Origin: Nitrosopumilus sp.
GTDB taxonomy: Archaea > Thermoproteota > Nitrososphaeria > Nitrososphaerales > Nitrosopumilaceae
Assembly: GCA_965223425.1 (NCBI GenBank)
Contig: OZ245003.1
Span: 1,024,001 to 1,088,000, forward strand
Length of the DNA stretch: 64,000 nt
Direction: 5' to 3'
Part shown: positions 42,120-52,365 of the stretch, piece by piece
Layout of the letters: the number at the start of each line of letters is the position of its first letter
How positions within the stretch are numbered: the first letter of the stretch is position 1
Notes under the pieces: generated by a model
The model's input: only the letters and a program-made list of their open reading frames with translations
Told to the model about the DNA's origin: nothing
Databases searched by the model: none
Made by a program: the position numbers and the translations under genes

Positions 42120-42539
42120 TTAGATTACTTTTTTCAAAATAATCACTGTGTTTGTATCAACTACGCCCGGAATTTTTCTTAACGCATCAATACTGCTATT
42201 GATTTTGGCAATTGTTTCTGCGCTAATGATAGTTGTAATGTCGTATTGGCCTGTAATTTCATAAACTGTTTTTACTCCTTCTAGTTTCGTAAGTTTTTGA
42301 GAAACTTTGGACGTATCTGTTGCAGAATCTACAGAAACTAAAACAACGGCACTGGTTGCATTTTCTTCACCAAGTTCTAAAGTGAATTTTTTGATTGTCC
42401 CGCTGTCTACTAAATTTTTAACGCGTCTTCTTACTGCTGATTCAGAAAGTTTCAGTTTTTTTCCAATGTCTACAAATGATTCCCTGGAATTCTCTTTTAG
42501 ATATCCTATGATTTTTTGATCAACACTATCCTTGTACAT
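42120..42539 (-). CDS. lysM: Lrp/AsnC regulator LysM
   Basis: LSESAVRRRVKNL, YEITGQYDI. Confidence 0.88.
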   Translation of the reverse strand: MYKDSVDQKIIGYLKENSRESFVDIGKKLKLSESAVRRRVKNLVDSGTIKKFTLELGEENATSAVVLVSVDSATDTSKVSQKLTKLEGVKTVYEITGQYDITTIISAETIAKINSSIDALRKIPGVVDTNTVIILKKVI

Positions 42540-43713
42540 TGCGTTTTTGCTCCTCTTCAGTTAGTATGGAGTCAAGAGCATGTAAAACTTTTGTTATGTC
42601 TTCTTCAGATATTACGAGAGGTGGGAGAATTCTTAGTATGTTTCTTCCAGAGTATAACATTAGGACACCTTCTTTTATTAACCCCATTAGAATATCCCTG
42701 ACTTCGAACTTCATCTCTATTCCTATCATGAGTCCCTTTCCACGAACTTCTCTAATTATGGTGTGTTTTTCTTTTAGTTTCTCCAATCCCTCTCTGAAAA
42801 TTTTGCCCATCTTTTCGGAATTTTCAATCAGCCCGTCTTCTGTTAGTGCCTTAAGAGCTGCATTTCCTGCTGCACAAGATACGGGGTTTCCTCCAAACGT
42901 AGAAGAATGCTCTCCCTTGCTCATTGAAGCTAAAATGTCTGGTCTGACAAGCGTTGCACCCATTGGCACCCCTCCAGCTATTCCTTTTGCAAGGCACATA
43001 ATATCTGGCACAGTATTCCAATGATCACAGGCCCATAATCGCCCGGTCCTGCCTAAACCGGCCTGTATTTCGTCAAAAATTAGCAAGATTCCTTTTTCAT
43101 CACAAAGCTTTCTTACTTTTTGCAAAAATCCTTCTGGTGCGACAATAATTCCACTTTCACCTTGAATCGGTTCTAAAATCACAAAAGCTGTATCATCATC
43201 TACTGCCAAACGAAGCGATTCAATATCTCCAAAAGACGCAAAAGAGACTTTGTCCACAAGTGGCCCAAATGCTTTTTTGTACTTTGGATTAAATGTTAAT
43301 GATAGGGCTCCAAAAGATTTTCCATGGTAAGATCCTTTCATTGCAACCATCCCTTTCTTACCAGTAAATTTTCTAGCAAACTTTATTGCAGCCTCTACTG
43401 CCTCTGCTCCGCTGTTGTTTAGATGAACCTGCGTGAGTCCCTTAGGGGCCAGTCCGATAAGCGTCTTCAAAAACTCTTCCCTTGTTTTGTTGTATAACGA
43501 ACTATGAACAGTAATGATCTTATCAATTTGTTCTTTTATCGCATTGTTGACTCGTCGGTTTTGATGGCCTACCAACGCAACGCCGTATCCTCCCATACAA
43601 TCGATGTATTCTTTTCCATCAGCATCCCATACGTGGGCCCCTGCCCCTTTTTCAACCGTAACTGGAAATCTCTGATAGAGATTCCCCATAAATTGATCTT
43701 CACTCATGCTCAA
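42526..43713 (-). CDS. lysJ: [LysW]-aminotransferase class III (LysJ/ArgD)
   Basis: NSGAEA, EPIQGESG, FDEIQAGLGRTG, AKGIAGG. Confidence 0.93.
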   Translation of the reverse strand: MSMSEDQFMGNLYQRFPVTVEKGAGAHVWDADGKEYIDCMGGYGVALVGHQNRRVNNAIKEQIDKIITVHSSLYNKTREEFLKTLIGLAPKGLTQVHLNNSGAEAVEAAIKFARKFTGKKGMVAMKGSYHGKSFGALSLTFNPKYKKAFGPLVDKVSFASFGDIESLRLAVDDDTAFVILEPIQGESGIIVAPEGFLQKVRKLCDEKGILLIFDEIQAGLGRTGRLWACDHWNTVPDIMCLAKGIAGGVPMGATLVRPDILASMSKGEHSSTFGGNPVSCAAGNAALKALTEDGLIENSEKMGKIFREGLEKLKEKHTIIREVRGKGLMIGIEMKFEVRDILMGLIKEGVLMLYSGRNILRILPPLVISEEDITKVLHALDSILTEEEQKRNVQG

Positions 43714-44503
43714 TTACCGTACAGTTATCATGTGCTATTGCAGCAGATATTGGATTTTCTCTCTGACCATTTGCAATTAACGCTTGTTTTACGCCCATAT
43801 CCAGAGCTTCTGTTGATGCTAAAACCTTCTTTTCCATTCCCGGTCCTATTTTTGGCCTAATTTCCTTTGCTTCTGCCAGTGTTAGTTTGGGAACAACTTT
43901 GCCATCCATTAATAATCCATCAACATTTGTGATGAATAATACTTTGTCACTGCCGACTTTTCCGGCAACATATGCTGCGGCTCGGTCTCCATCTACATTG
44001 AGAAATTCTGATTCTTCACTGATTGCTATTGGTGAAATAACAGGCGTGAGTCCCTGTTCTAAGAGCGATTTGATAAATCCTGCATTTACATTAGTAATTT
44101 TTCCGGTATACCCTCCATCTATTGCCTGTTTTCTACCTTTTTCATTAACTATGAGGAGTTTCTTTTTCCTATCCGCTTCTATAGTTTTTGCATCAACTCC
44201 TGAAAGACCAATTGCATTAATGCCATTTTTTTGAAGCATCTGAACAATTGTTTTGTTTATTCTACCAGACATTACCATGGTAAAAATTTCTGCAGTTTCT
44301 TTATCAGTGTATCTGCTCTTAATTCCACTAGGTGATGTTACAAACTTTGGTTCTTTTCCAAGTTGTTCACAAACTTTCGTAACTTCGTTTCCGCCACCAT
44401 GAACTAAAATTAACCCCTCTGACTCTCCAATTTTTTTAATGTCGGCAATTGTAGATGGATGCAAGTCATCTACAACACTTCCGCCAATTTTGATTGTGAT
44501 CAT
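43700..44503 (-). CDS. lysZ: [LysW]-aminoadipate/glutamate kinase
   Basis: IKIGG, VHGGG, SRYTD, LNVDGDRAA. Confidence 0.94.
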   Translation of the reverse strand: MITIKIGGSVVDDLHPSTIADIKKIGESEGLILVHGGGNEVTKVCEQLGKEPKFVTSPSGIKSRYTDKETAEIFTMVMSGRINKTIVQMLQKNGINAIGLSGVDAKTIEADRKKKLLIVNEKGRKQAIDGGYTGKITNVNAGFIKSLLEQGLTPVISPIAISEESEFLNVDGDRAAAYVAGKVGSDKVLFITNVDGLLMDGKVVPKLTLAEAKEIRPKIGPGMEKKVLASTEALDMGVKQALIANGQRENPISAAIAHDNCTVIEHE

Positions 44504-44505
44504 TT

Positions 44506-45552
44506 CTAAACAGGAGTTAATGGTGTGTATCTAAGTCCGTTCATTTCATCAAAACCACACATAACATTCATGTTTTGGATGGCAGAACCTGCTGCACCCT
44601 TCATCAAATTATCTGATGCAGACAGTGCAATCAATCTGTGATTATCTTCATCTAAATCAAATCCAATATCACAAAAGTTTGAACCTACCACGAATTTTGG
44701 ATCTGGAAATTTGTATAATCCTTTTTTATCTCGAATCAGTCTGACAAACTTTTCTTCACCATAAGTTTGACGATATAACTTCCATAATTCTTTTTCTTCC
44801 ATGTCCTTATTCATGAAAGTATGATTTGTACATAAAATTCCACGAACTACGTCAACTGCATGTGGACTCATTGAAACATGAATTTTCTTTCCCGCAATTT
44901 CACTAAGCTCTTGTTCAATCTCTCCGGTGTGTCTGTGCTTTGCTGGCTTGTATGGCCTGATCACTCCTGCCCTCATTGCATGTGCTGTTCCTGCGCCAGA
45001 ACCTGCGCCAGAAGAACCAATCTTTGAATCAACTACAATGTGTTCTGTATCGACAATGTTATTTCGAATCAATGGAGCAAGGGCTAACATTGATGTGACT
45101 GCCATGCAACCTGGACAAGACACAAGTTGCGCTTTTTTGATATCCTCTCGGTGTAATTCAGGCACTCCAAAAACTGATTTTGACAAGTAATCAGGATGTG
45201 GATGCTCCCAGCCATACCATTTGTCATAAGCTTCTTGATCATGTAGTCTGTAATCTGCACTCAAATCAATTACCTTGACTCCTCTGTCATAGAGAGCTTT
45301 TACAATTTCAGTTGCAGTACCGTGCGGAACCGCTGTGAAAACCAAATCACACTTGTCAGTTAGTTTATCATAGTCTAGTTCTGAGAAAGTAAGATCAGTA
45401 AAGCCCTTCAAACTTGGCTGCACTCTATGTAGATATTCACCGACATGCTGTCTTGATGTCACCATGGTGATCTCAACATCTGGATGGTTTACAAGAAGAC
45501 GAAGCGTTTCTCCCCCCACATAACCTGATGCTCCTACCACGCCTACTTTCAT
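44506..45552 (-). CDS. lysY: [LysW]-phosphate reductase (LysY/ArgC)
   Basis: GASGYVGGE, DLSADYR, PGC, DNLMKGAAG. Confidence 0.94.
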   Translation of the reverse strand: MKVGVVGASGYVGGETLRLLVNHPDVEITMVTSRQHVGEYLHRVQPSLKGFTDLTFSELDYDKLTDKCDLVFTAVPHGTATEIVKALYDRGVKVIDLSADYRLHDQEAYDKWYGWEHPHPDYLSKSVFGVPELHREDIKKAQLVSCPGCMAVTSMLALAPLIRNNIVDTEHIVVDSKIGSSGAGSGAGTAHAMRAGVIRPYKPAKHRHTGEIEQELSEIAGKKIHVSMSPHAVDVVRGILCTNHTFMNKDMEEKELWKLYRQTYGEEKFVRLIRDKKGLYKFPDPKFVVGSNFCDIGFDLDEDNHRLIALSASDNLMKGAAGSAIQNMNVMCGFDEMNGLRYTPLTPV

Positions 45553-45579
45553 GTTAAACCTCCTCGTAAAGAAGTATAT

Positions 45580-46437
45580 TTATTTCCTAACGTAGTTTAG
45601 AGTAAATTCTATCATTTCTTTTGGAATATTTCGTTTTGCAACTCTTGCCAACCCTTTGAATTCAACTGTATTGTTGACTTCGTGTACAACCAGGCCTTTA
45701 TCTTCATCTTCCATCATGTCCACTCCTAAAATTCCGCCTCCCATGGCCTTTGATGCTTTTGCAGCCATGTCTTCCATCTCTTTTGTGATCTCGCAAAGTT
45801 CTGGATCTGCCCCAAGTGCAAGGTTTGTCTTAAATCCGCCTGATGATTTTCTGTACATGGCCGCAATAGGCTCGTCTCCTACCGTAATTACTCTGATATC
45901 CCTTGGTGGCCTCTTGATTAGTTCTTGCAAATAGTAAATTCTGTCATGTGGACTATCTGTGATGTCTCTTACTTCGATGATTGCATCCATCGTGTCTTTA
46001 TCTTTGATTGGAATTACGCCTCTTCCCCAACTTCCAATTACTGGTTTGATCACTAGTGGATATCCAACTTTTTCTAAATTCTCTGCTGCACTGTCACTTG
46101 AAAACGAAAAGTATGTCTTTGGTGTTGGAATATTGTTTTTTTTCAAAAGTAAACTCATGAACATCTTGTTTCCACAAACCCTTGCAACTTCAAATTTGTT
46201 CAGAACTGGGACATCCAAAAATTCTAGACTTGCAGTAAAGTGAAGTCCTCTAATATAACTAACACATCTCTCTAAAACGATATCTCCAAAATCATAGTCT
46301 TCTTTTTTGCTATCTGTATTGACTTGGGTTATTTTTGCATCCAACATCACTGCATCATGACCCAGTTCTGATGCTTGTTTTTGAAGCATCTTTTCTTCAG
46401 ATCTTAAACGATCAAACACAATACAGACTTTTGACAT
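45580..46437 (-). CDS. argX: ArgX/LysX-family ATP-grasp ligase
   Basis: Paralogue of 39808-40650; follows argG-lysW; substrate inferred from position. Confidence 0.85.
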   Translation of the reverse strand: MSKVCIVFDRLRSEEKMLQKQASELGHDAVMLDAKITQVNTDSKKEDYDFGDIVLERCVSYIRGLHFTASLEFLDVPVLNKFEVARVCGNKMFMSLLLKKNNIPTPKTYFSFSSDSAAENLEKVGYPLVIKPVIGSWGRGVIPIKDKDTMDAIIEVRDITDSPHDRIYYLQELIKRPPRDIRVITVGDEPIAAMYRKSSGGFKTNLALGADPELCEITKEMEDMAAKASKAMGGGILGVDMMEDEDKGLVVHEVNNTVEFKGLARVAKRNIPKEMIEFTLNYVRK

Positions 46438-46604
46438 TACTCTCCCCAGTCTTCGCCTACGGTTTCTGCTTGCTTGAGCTCTACATTTGATCCGTCTTTT
46501 TTTGCGATTTCAAAGTCAGCGCCACAATCAGGGCAGGAGACTATTTCTCCAACTGAGGCATCGTCTGGAATGTTTAATGCTGCGTCACATTCTGGGCAGT
46601 TCAT
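46437..46604 (-). CDS. lysW: LysW carrier protein ending EDWGE
   Basis: Manual translation MNCPECDAALNIPDDASVGEIVSCPDCGADFEIAKKDGSNVELKQAETVGEDWGE. Confidence 0.95.
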   Translation of the reverse strand: MNCPECDAALNIPDDASVGEIVSCPDCGADFEIAKKDGSNVELKQAETVGEDWGE

Positions 46605-47800
46605 GTTTTTGTTGACCTTTTCTTTTGTAATTTATTAGCTTCTGTTGACTGCATTCCCCACAATTCTACAAATCCTTTGGCTAATCTTTGATCAAATGTT
46701 GATTCTGATCCATAGGTGGCAATATCATGGCTATACAATGAGTTCTTGGATTTCCTTCCGACCACCCTCAGACTTCCTTTGTACAGCTTTAGCCTTACAG
46801 TTCCTGATACTGGTTTTTGTGATCTTTCTACAAATCCATCCAAATCTGCCTTGAGGGGGTCTTGCCAAAGTCCTGAATACACCAAATACGCCCATTCATC
46901 ATCTATTAGAGACTTGAATTTGTTTTCGTGTTTGGTGTGGATCATCTTTTCTAGATCTGCATGCGCCTCAATTAGGCAAGTTGCAGCAGGAGTTTCGTAA
47001 ACTTCACGAGATTTAATTCCGACAACCCTGTCTTCAATGTGATCAACTATTCCAACACCTGCATTTCCTGCTTTTTTGTTAATGTATTCAATCAATTTTT
47101 GAGGCTCCATTGGTTTTCCGTCAACTCCGACTGGAATTCCTTTTTCAAATTTAATTTCCAGATATGCTGGTTTATCTGGCAAGTTTTTTGTTTTAACCCA
47201 AATGAAGGCATCAGCAGGCGGCTCATTGTATGGATCCTCTAATGCCCCCCCTTCAATTGCACGTCCCCACAAGTTTTGATCAATACTGAATTTTTTTGCT
47301 ACAGAATCAACCTCAATTCCGTGTTTCTTTGCAAATTTTAACTCTGTAACCCTGTCCAAATTTTTATCCCGAATTGGAGCTATGATTGGAAGGTTAGAAC
47401 CAGAACGTAGTGTTATGTCAAATCGAACCTGATCATTTCCTTTACCTGAGCACCCATGTGCAAGTGATGTTACTTTTTCTTTTTTTGCAATATCTAATAC
47501 CTTTTGCGCAATTAGTGGTCTTGCAAGTGCTGTTGCAAGACAATATTTTTTTTGATATAACGCGTTGGCCTTGATGGATGGAAAAATGTAATCTTTGACA
47601 AATTCCTTTTTTGCATCAATGTTGTAGTGTTTTTTTGCACCTAGCTTTTTTGCTTTATCTGCAATTTTTTTATTATCGTCTCCTTGTCCAACATCTACTG
47701 TTACTGTGATGACATCCATGTCATGTTCTTCTTGCAGATATTTCACAACAACTGATGTATCTAGCCCTCCAGAAAATGCAAGAATTCCTTTTTGAGTCAT
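46601..47800 (-). CDS. argG: Argininosuccinate synthase
   Basis: AFSGGLDTS, HGCSGKGNDQVRF, GIKSREVYE. Confidence 0.97.
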   Translation of the reverse strand: MTQKGILAFSGGLDTSVVVKYLQEEHDMDVITVTVDVGQGDDNKKIADKAKKLGAKKHYNIDAKKEFVKDYIFPSIKANALYQKKYCLATALARPLIAQKVLDIAKKEKVTSLAHGCSGKGNDQVRFDITLRSGSNLPIIAPIRDKNLDRVTELKFAKKHGIEVDSVAKKFSIDQNLWGRAIEGGALEDPYNEPPADAFIWVKTKNLPDKPAYLEIKFEKGIPVGVDGKPMEPQKLIEYINKKAGNAGVGIVDHIEDRVVGIKSREVYETPAATCLIEAHADLEKMIHTKHENKFKSLIDDEWAYLVYSGLWQDPLKADLDGFVERSQKPVSGTVRLKLYKGSLRVVGRKSKNSLYSHDIATYGSESTFDQRLAKGFVELWGMQSTEANKLQKKRSTKT

Positions 47801-47935
47801 AAAACATCTTTTTGGTTGCATTTTGGAATTTATCTTTTGTGATAGGCTGGAATCCAGAAATTTTTTCCGAAAAATCTCTGGCTAGCTTGAGCTAAAATTC
47901 GATGATTATTTAACCGCCAAATATAACGCTGTTTT

Positions 47936-48961
47936 ATGAAAACTATGAAGGTAATTTCTGCAGGAATTGCTGGAATTATCTTGTTATCCGTACTTGGAAT
48001 TGCTCTAAATTTCAGTGACACTACACGTGAAAATAAAATCCGTGTTGCCTATTTTCCTAACATTGGACATGCCATTCCAATTGTGGGGGTAGAGAAAGGA
48101 TTTTTTGAAGAAAAAATTGGGGGGCAAACTAAAATTGAAACTAGAGTTTTTGATAGTGGGCCGCAAGCAATCGAGTCTCTGTTTGCAAATTCAGTTGATA
48201 TTGCATATGTGGGGCCTGGCCCTGCAATAAACGGATTCTTGAATTCAGAAAATAACAATGTAAAGATTCTTGCCGGTGCTGCAAGCGGTGGAGCAAGTTT
48301 TATTGTTCATCCAAATTCTGAAATTAATTCAGTTTCAGACTTTGCAGGAAAAAAAATAGCAACACCTCAAATTGGAAACACCCAAGATGTATCACTGCGC
48401 CATTATCTTTCTGAAAATGGATTAAAACCTGCCGAAAAAGGAGGCTCTGTGGTTGTTTACAATATACCTAATCCTGATATCTACACTCTTTTTGTAAAAG
48501 GGGATATTGATGGCGCATGGGTTGCAGAACCCTGGGCTACAATTTTAGAAACTGAACTTGATGGAAAGAGACTATTCCATGAAGAAGAACTTTGGCCTGA
48601 CAGAGAATTTGCATCTGTTTTGTTAATAGGAAATGTAGATTACATTAAAGACAACCCAGCAACTGTTCTCAATTTTTTAAATGCTCATCACGAAACCACA
48701 CTTTGGATTAATGAAAATCCTGAAGAGACCAGAGATGTTTTCAATAATTTTCTTGACTCGTACTTGGGACAGTCCCTGTCTGACAATGTTGTAGATGTTG
48801 CATTGTCTAATCTGGTAATCACCGCAGATCCTCTGCCTGACTCTGTTTTTTCCTTTGCTGAAAAAGCAGATGCGCTTGGATATCTTGGAAGAAATGGATA
48901 TGATTTGTCTGGAATTTTTTACTACTTTGATACAAATTCTTTAGAGGAGGCCAGAACTTAG
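47936..48961 (+). CDS. NitT/TauT/SsuA-type ABC substrate-binding protein
   Basis: N-terminal anchor, YFPNIGH, YVGPGP, PQIGNTQD, EPW. Confidence 0.9.
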   Translation: MKTMKVISAGIAGIILLSVLGIALNFSDTTRENKIRVAYFPNIGHAIPIVGVEKGFFEEKIGGQTKIETRVFDSGPQAIESLFANSVDIAYVGPGPAINGFLNSENNNVKILAGAASGGASFIVHPNSEINSVSDFAGKKIATPQIGNTQDVSLRHYLSENGLKPAEKGGSVVVYNIPNPDIYTLFVKGDIDGAWVAEPWATILETELDGKRLFHEEELWPDREFASVLLIGNVDYIKDNPATVLNFLNAHHETTLWINENPEETRDVFNNFLDSYLGQSLSDNVVDVALSNLVITADPLPDSVFSFAEKADALGYLGRNGYDLSGIFYYFDTNSLEEART

Positions 48962-49726
48962 ATGACCAAACTAGAGGCCAAAAATATTGTAAAATATTTT
49001 GCTCATGATTCCCACAAACTCAAAGCACTTGGTGGCATTGATCTCAAAGTTGAGGCCGGCGACTTTGTGTGCTTGGTGGGGCCCTCCGGGTGTGGAAAAT
49101 CCACCTTTTTACGCATAGTTGCAGGTTTGGAGACGCCAGATGAGGGTCAAATTCTGTTTGATGGCCATCCTGTTTCTGAAACTGGTCCTGAGAGAATTAT
49201 GGTATTCCAAGAAGGTGCTTTGTTTCCATGGCTTAAGGTTCAGGATAATGTGGAGTTTGGATTAAAGATGGCCGGTATTCCAAAAGAGGAACGAGCTAAG
49301 ATATCCAGCAGATATCTCGATATGATGCAGTTGACAAAATTTGCAGATTCATACACTTACCAACTTTCAACTGGAATGAAACAGCGTGTAGCTATTGCCA
49401 GAGCACTTGTAATGGATCCTGATGTGTTGCTAATGGATGAACCATTTGCAGCACTTGATGCACAAACTCGTGACTTGTTGTTAGTTGAGATGCAGCTGAT
49501 TTGGGAAAAAACAAAAAAGACAATTCTGTTTGTAACCCATAATGTTGCAGAAGCTGCAGTACTTGGAACCAAAGTAGCTGTGTTTAGTAACAGGCCGTCT
49601 ATTATTAAAAAAGAAGTCAATAATAATTTTCCGCGACCTAGAGTTACTGAGGACGAATCACTACTCAAGTTCCAACAAGACATCTTAACAGAGCTTAGAC
49701 CTGAGGTAAAGAAAAGCAAAGAGTGA
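48962..49726 (+). CDS. NitT/TauT ABC ATPase
   Basis: GPSGCGKST, LSTGMKQR, LLMDEPF. Confidence 0.95.
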   Translation: MTKLEAKNIVKYFAHDSHKLKALGGIDLKVEAGDFVCLVGPSGCGKSTFLRIVAGLETPDEGQILFDGHPVSETGPERIMVFQEGALFPWLKVQDNVEFGLKMAGIPKEERAKISSRYLDMMQLTKFADSYTYQLSTGMKQRVAIARALVMDPDVLLMDEPFAALDAQTRDLLLVEMQLIWEKTKKTILFVTHNVAEAAVLGTKVAVFSNRPSIIKKEVNNNFPRPRVTEDESLLKFQQDILTELRPEVKKSKE

Positions 49727-50490
49727 CTGTTATGGCAAAAAATTTTACGCCTCATAGAATGGCATTTTACATTGGAATCGTTGTAGTTTGGCAAATTATT
49801 TCCATGGGGGGAGTTTGGCCTGATAATATTTTTCCGTCCCCATATGAAGTGGCTGAAGATTTGGGATACGGTGTTGCCGATGGCAGTCTAATTTATGGAA
49901 TTGCAACTAGCATGTGGAGATTATCTATTGGATTGGCAATTGCAATTGTTGGCGGCATTGTACTGGGAATTTTCATGGCAAGAGTTGAAGTTGTCAACCA
50001 AACTGCTGGTTCTTTAGTGTTGGGACTACAGTCAATCCCTTCGATTGCATGGGTTCCGCTTGCAATTTTGTGGGTTGGGTTCACAGATGGTGGAATAATT
50101 TTTGTTACTGCGATTGGGGCAATCTTTGCCGTTACAATCAACACCTACACTGGAGTCAAAAACATCGATCCACACTTTATTGAGGCTGCAAGAAACATGG
50201 GCGCAAAAGGTAGTCAGCTAGTTACTGCCGTCTTGATTCCGGCAGCATTCCCATACATGATTTCTGGCTTTAAACAAGGATGGGCATTTGCTTGGAGAGG
50301 CTTAATCGGTGCAGAACTACTATTTTCCTTCCTAGGGCTAGGCTTCTTGCTAAACGCTGGTCGTTCTCTAAATGATGTATCCCAAGTAATTGCTATAATG
50401 CTGGTGATAATGGGAATTGGTCTTGTAGTGGACGGTATTGTTTTTAAACGACTAGAAAACAAAGTAATGTCTAGATGGGGATTAAGATAA
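49723..50490 (+). CDS. NitT/TauT ABC permease
   Basis: IPSIAWVP, EAARNMGA, LIGAEL. Confidence 0.94.
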   Translation: MTVMAKNFTPHRMAFYIGIVVVWQIISMGGVWPDNIFPSPYEVAEDLGYGVADGSLIYGIATSMWRLSIGLAIAIVGGIVLGIFMARVEVVNQTAGSLVLGLQSIPSIAWVPLAILWVGFTDGGIIFVTAIGAIFAVTINTYTGVKNIDPHFIEAARNMGAKGSQLVTAVLIPAAFPYMISGFKQGWAFAWRGLIGAELLFSFLGLGFLLNAGRSLNDVSQVIAIMLVIMGIGLVVDGIVFKRLENKVMSRWGLR

Positions 50491-50603
50491 CCAATAATTC
50501 TCCAAGCAAACTACATGCAACACAATACTAAAAAGAAAACTTCAATCGCAGTAACGCCAAGTATGCCTAAAATTATTAAAACAAGATTTTTGTCCATTTT
50601 GCC

Positions 50604-51365
50604 TCAAATTGATCTTTGGTGTTTATACAATGCGTAAATCATAATCAATGACGATGCAGTCCACAGGACAAATGAAGAGTCGCTAAAACTGTAAATCCCC
50701 AAAGTTGATGTATAGTTATAAAAGATATCTCCAATCGTTCCAACTGCCATTCCAATTAACAAGACAAACCATGCCGAAGTCAAAGCAGTTTTTCTAAACA
50801 GAGTAAAAGCTACAGTTGCCAATCCTAGTACAATTGATGAGACTGAAACAAACGACAAATGATAGTAAAAATCATTCTCATTTTCAAGTGTGACTCCTGC
50901 TAAAACCATAGAATACACAAGAATTATCCCTACTGGAATTGCCACTAGGAGTAATTTTTGATAGACCTCTAGTTTTTCAACAAAATATCTTATATTGATG
51001 GCAATGTGGGCCATCATGAAAAGATAGGATAAATATATCAGAATATCACCTAATGCGCCATACTCATCCAGGCCTAGCGAATCTACATGGTAAAAAAATA
51101 CCAACTCTCCTACAAACGTTACAAAAAACCCTAATCCCAAAAGCAGGTATGATTTTCCAAAAATTTTGGAATAGCCATAGTGCTTTGATACTAGAATAGA
51201 ATAGACTGCAACTGCCAAAGGAGTGACAACTATAGAAACTCTGGTAAAAATTGACAGGTCTAGCGGCTGTGCTAAAATAGTTATAACATAAAACGAAACA
51301 CTTGCTGCAAAAATTATCAATGGTATCTTGTATGATTTTTTTAATTCATGAGAAAATGTTAACAT
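50604..51365 (-). CDS. Multi-pass membrane protein (possible sensor domain)
   Basis: About 8 hydrophobic segments; co-oriented with a wHTH regulator. Confidence 0.75.
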   Translation of the reverse strand: MLTFSHELKKSYKIPLIIFAASVSFYVITILAQPLDLSIFTRVSIVVTPLAVAVYSILVSKHYGYSKIFGKSYLLLGLGFFVTFVGELVFFYHVDSLGLDEYGALGDILIYLSYLFMMAHIAINIRYFVEKLEVYQKLLLVAIPVGIILVYSMVLAGVTLENENDFYYHLSFVSVSSIVLGLATVAFTLFRKTALTSAWFVLLIGMAVGTIGDIFYNYTSTLGIYSFSDSSFVLWTASSLIMIYALYKHQRSI

Positions 51366-51374
51366 ATAATCCCC

Positions 51375-51986
51375 TCACGATAAATAAATGGAATTGTATG
51401 CATAGCTGTCTTTGAGAAATTTATTTTGAACATTTGCATTAATTGAAATATTTTCATCTTGAATCTCAAAGACGGTCTTGTTAAATGTAGTTGCATATTC
51501 GTTTACCTTTCTGCCATCAGCAGCATTTGTAAAACCTACCATGGTTAACAATCCTTCTCCAATTAACTCTTTTATTCTGTTGTAAGTTGATGCTTTTGGT
51601 AGTTTTGATTTTGCTATGGCCTCAGGAATTGATTTTGATTCATGTAGTAGTAAATCTAAGATTATTTTTTTTGCGGGATCTCCATAAGCTTCAAAGACAG
51701 TTTTTGCAATATTAGGATCTTTTATGGTAATTATGGATTCCGTCTTTGTGTTGTTTTTCACTGATAATATTTTTTTGAATATTTTAGATTCAATGTTTGC
51801 TGTGTGCTTGCCAAAAAACTTACGCAATACTAGATCTAGTTTTGAAAAATCACTTACTGCTTCTAAAATTGATATGCAGTATACATCAAATACTTCTTTC
51901 TCTATCTTCTTGTATGTTGATTTGCCCAAATCCTCTTCTAACACCGCCCTTACACCCTTTGCTACAATCCTATCTAGGGAGTTCAT
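51375..51986 (-). CDS. Transcription regulator with C-terminal wHTH
   Basis: GDPAKKIIL..SIPEAI..LPKASTYNRIKEL..DGRKVNEY. Confidence 0.8.
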   Translation of the reverse strand: MNSLDRIVAKGVRAVLEEDLGKSTYKKIEKEVFDVYCISILEAVSDFSKLDLVLRKFFGKHTANIESKIFKKILSVKNNTKTESIITIKDPNIAKTVFEAYGDPAKKIILDLLLHESKSIPEAIAKSKLPKASTYNRIKELIGEGLLTMVGFTNAADGRKVNEYATTFNKTVFEIQDENISINANVQNKFLKDSYAYNSIYLS

Positions 51987-52091
51987 ATTGTAGTTGTGTA
52001 GGCATAAAATATAAAATCTACTTTTATTAGAATTAGTACATTATTTCTATATTTTAAGAAATAATAAATAATACGGAAACTATACTGTACC

Positions 52092-52349
52092 ATGGATAGA
52101 AAAACTGCCTGGATAGCAGGAATTACAACCATATTTGCCATAGGCATGATCGCAACATCGGTAACATTTACTGAGGTTTCCGGTGAGATTGTACAAAAAC
52201 CAACAGTTCCTAGATATTCAGAAACTTGTGCACATGGCCATAATGGGTTTTCTTGCAACACCTTCCAATACAAAATAGATATTTCAGAGTTGCAAGAAAA
52301 GACTGCTGAATTGGAACAACGTATAACATCACTTGAGACTTTGCGTTAA
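52092..52349 (+). CDS. Small exported hypothetical protein
   Basis: Signal-like N-terminus, Cys pair, C-terminal coiled coil. Confidence 0.65.
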   Translation: MDRKTAWIAGITTIFAIGMIATSVTFTEVSGEIVQKPTVPRYSETCAHGHNGFSCNTFQYKIDISELQEKTAELEQRITSLETLR

Positions 52350-52365
52350 CTCCAATTATTTTTCT

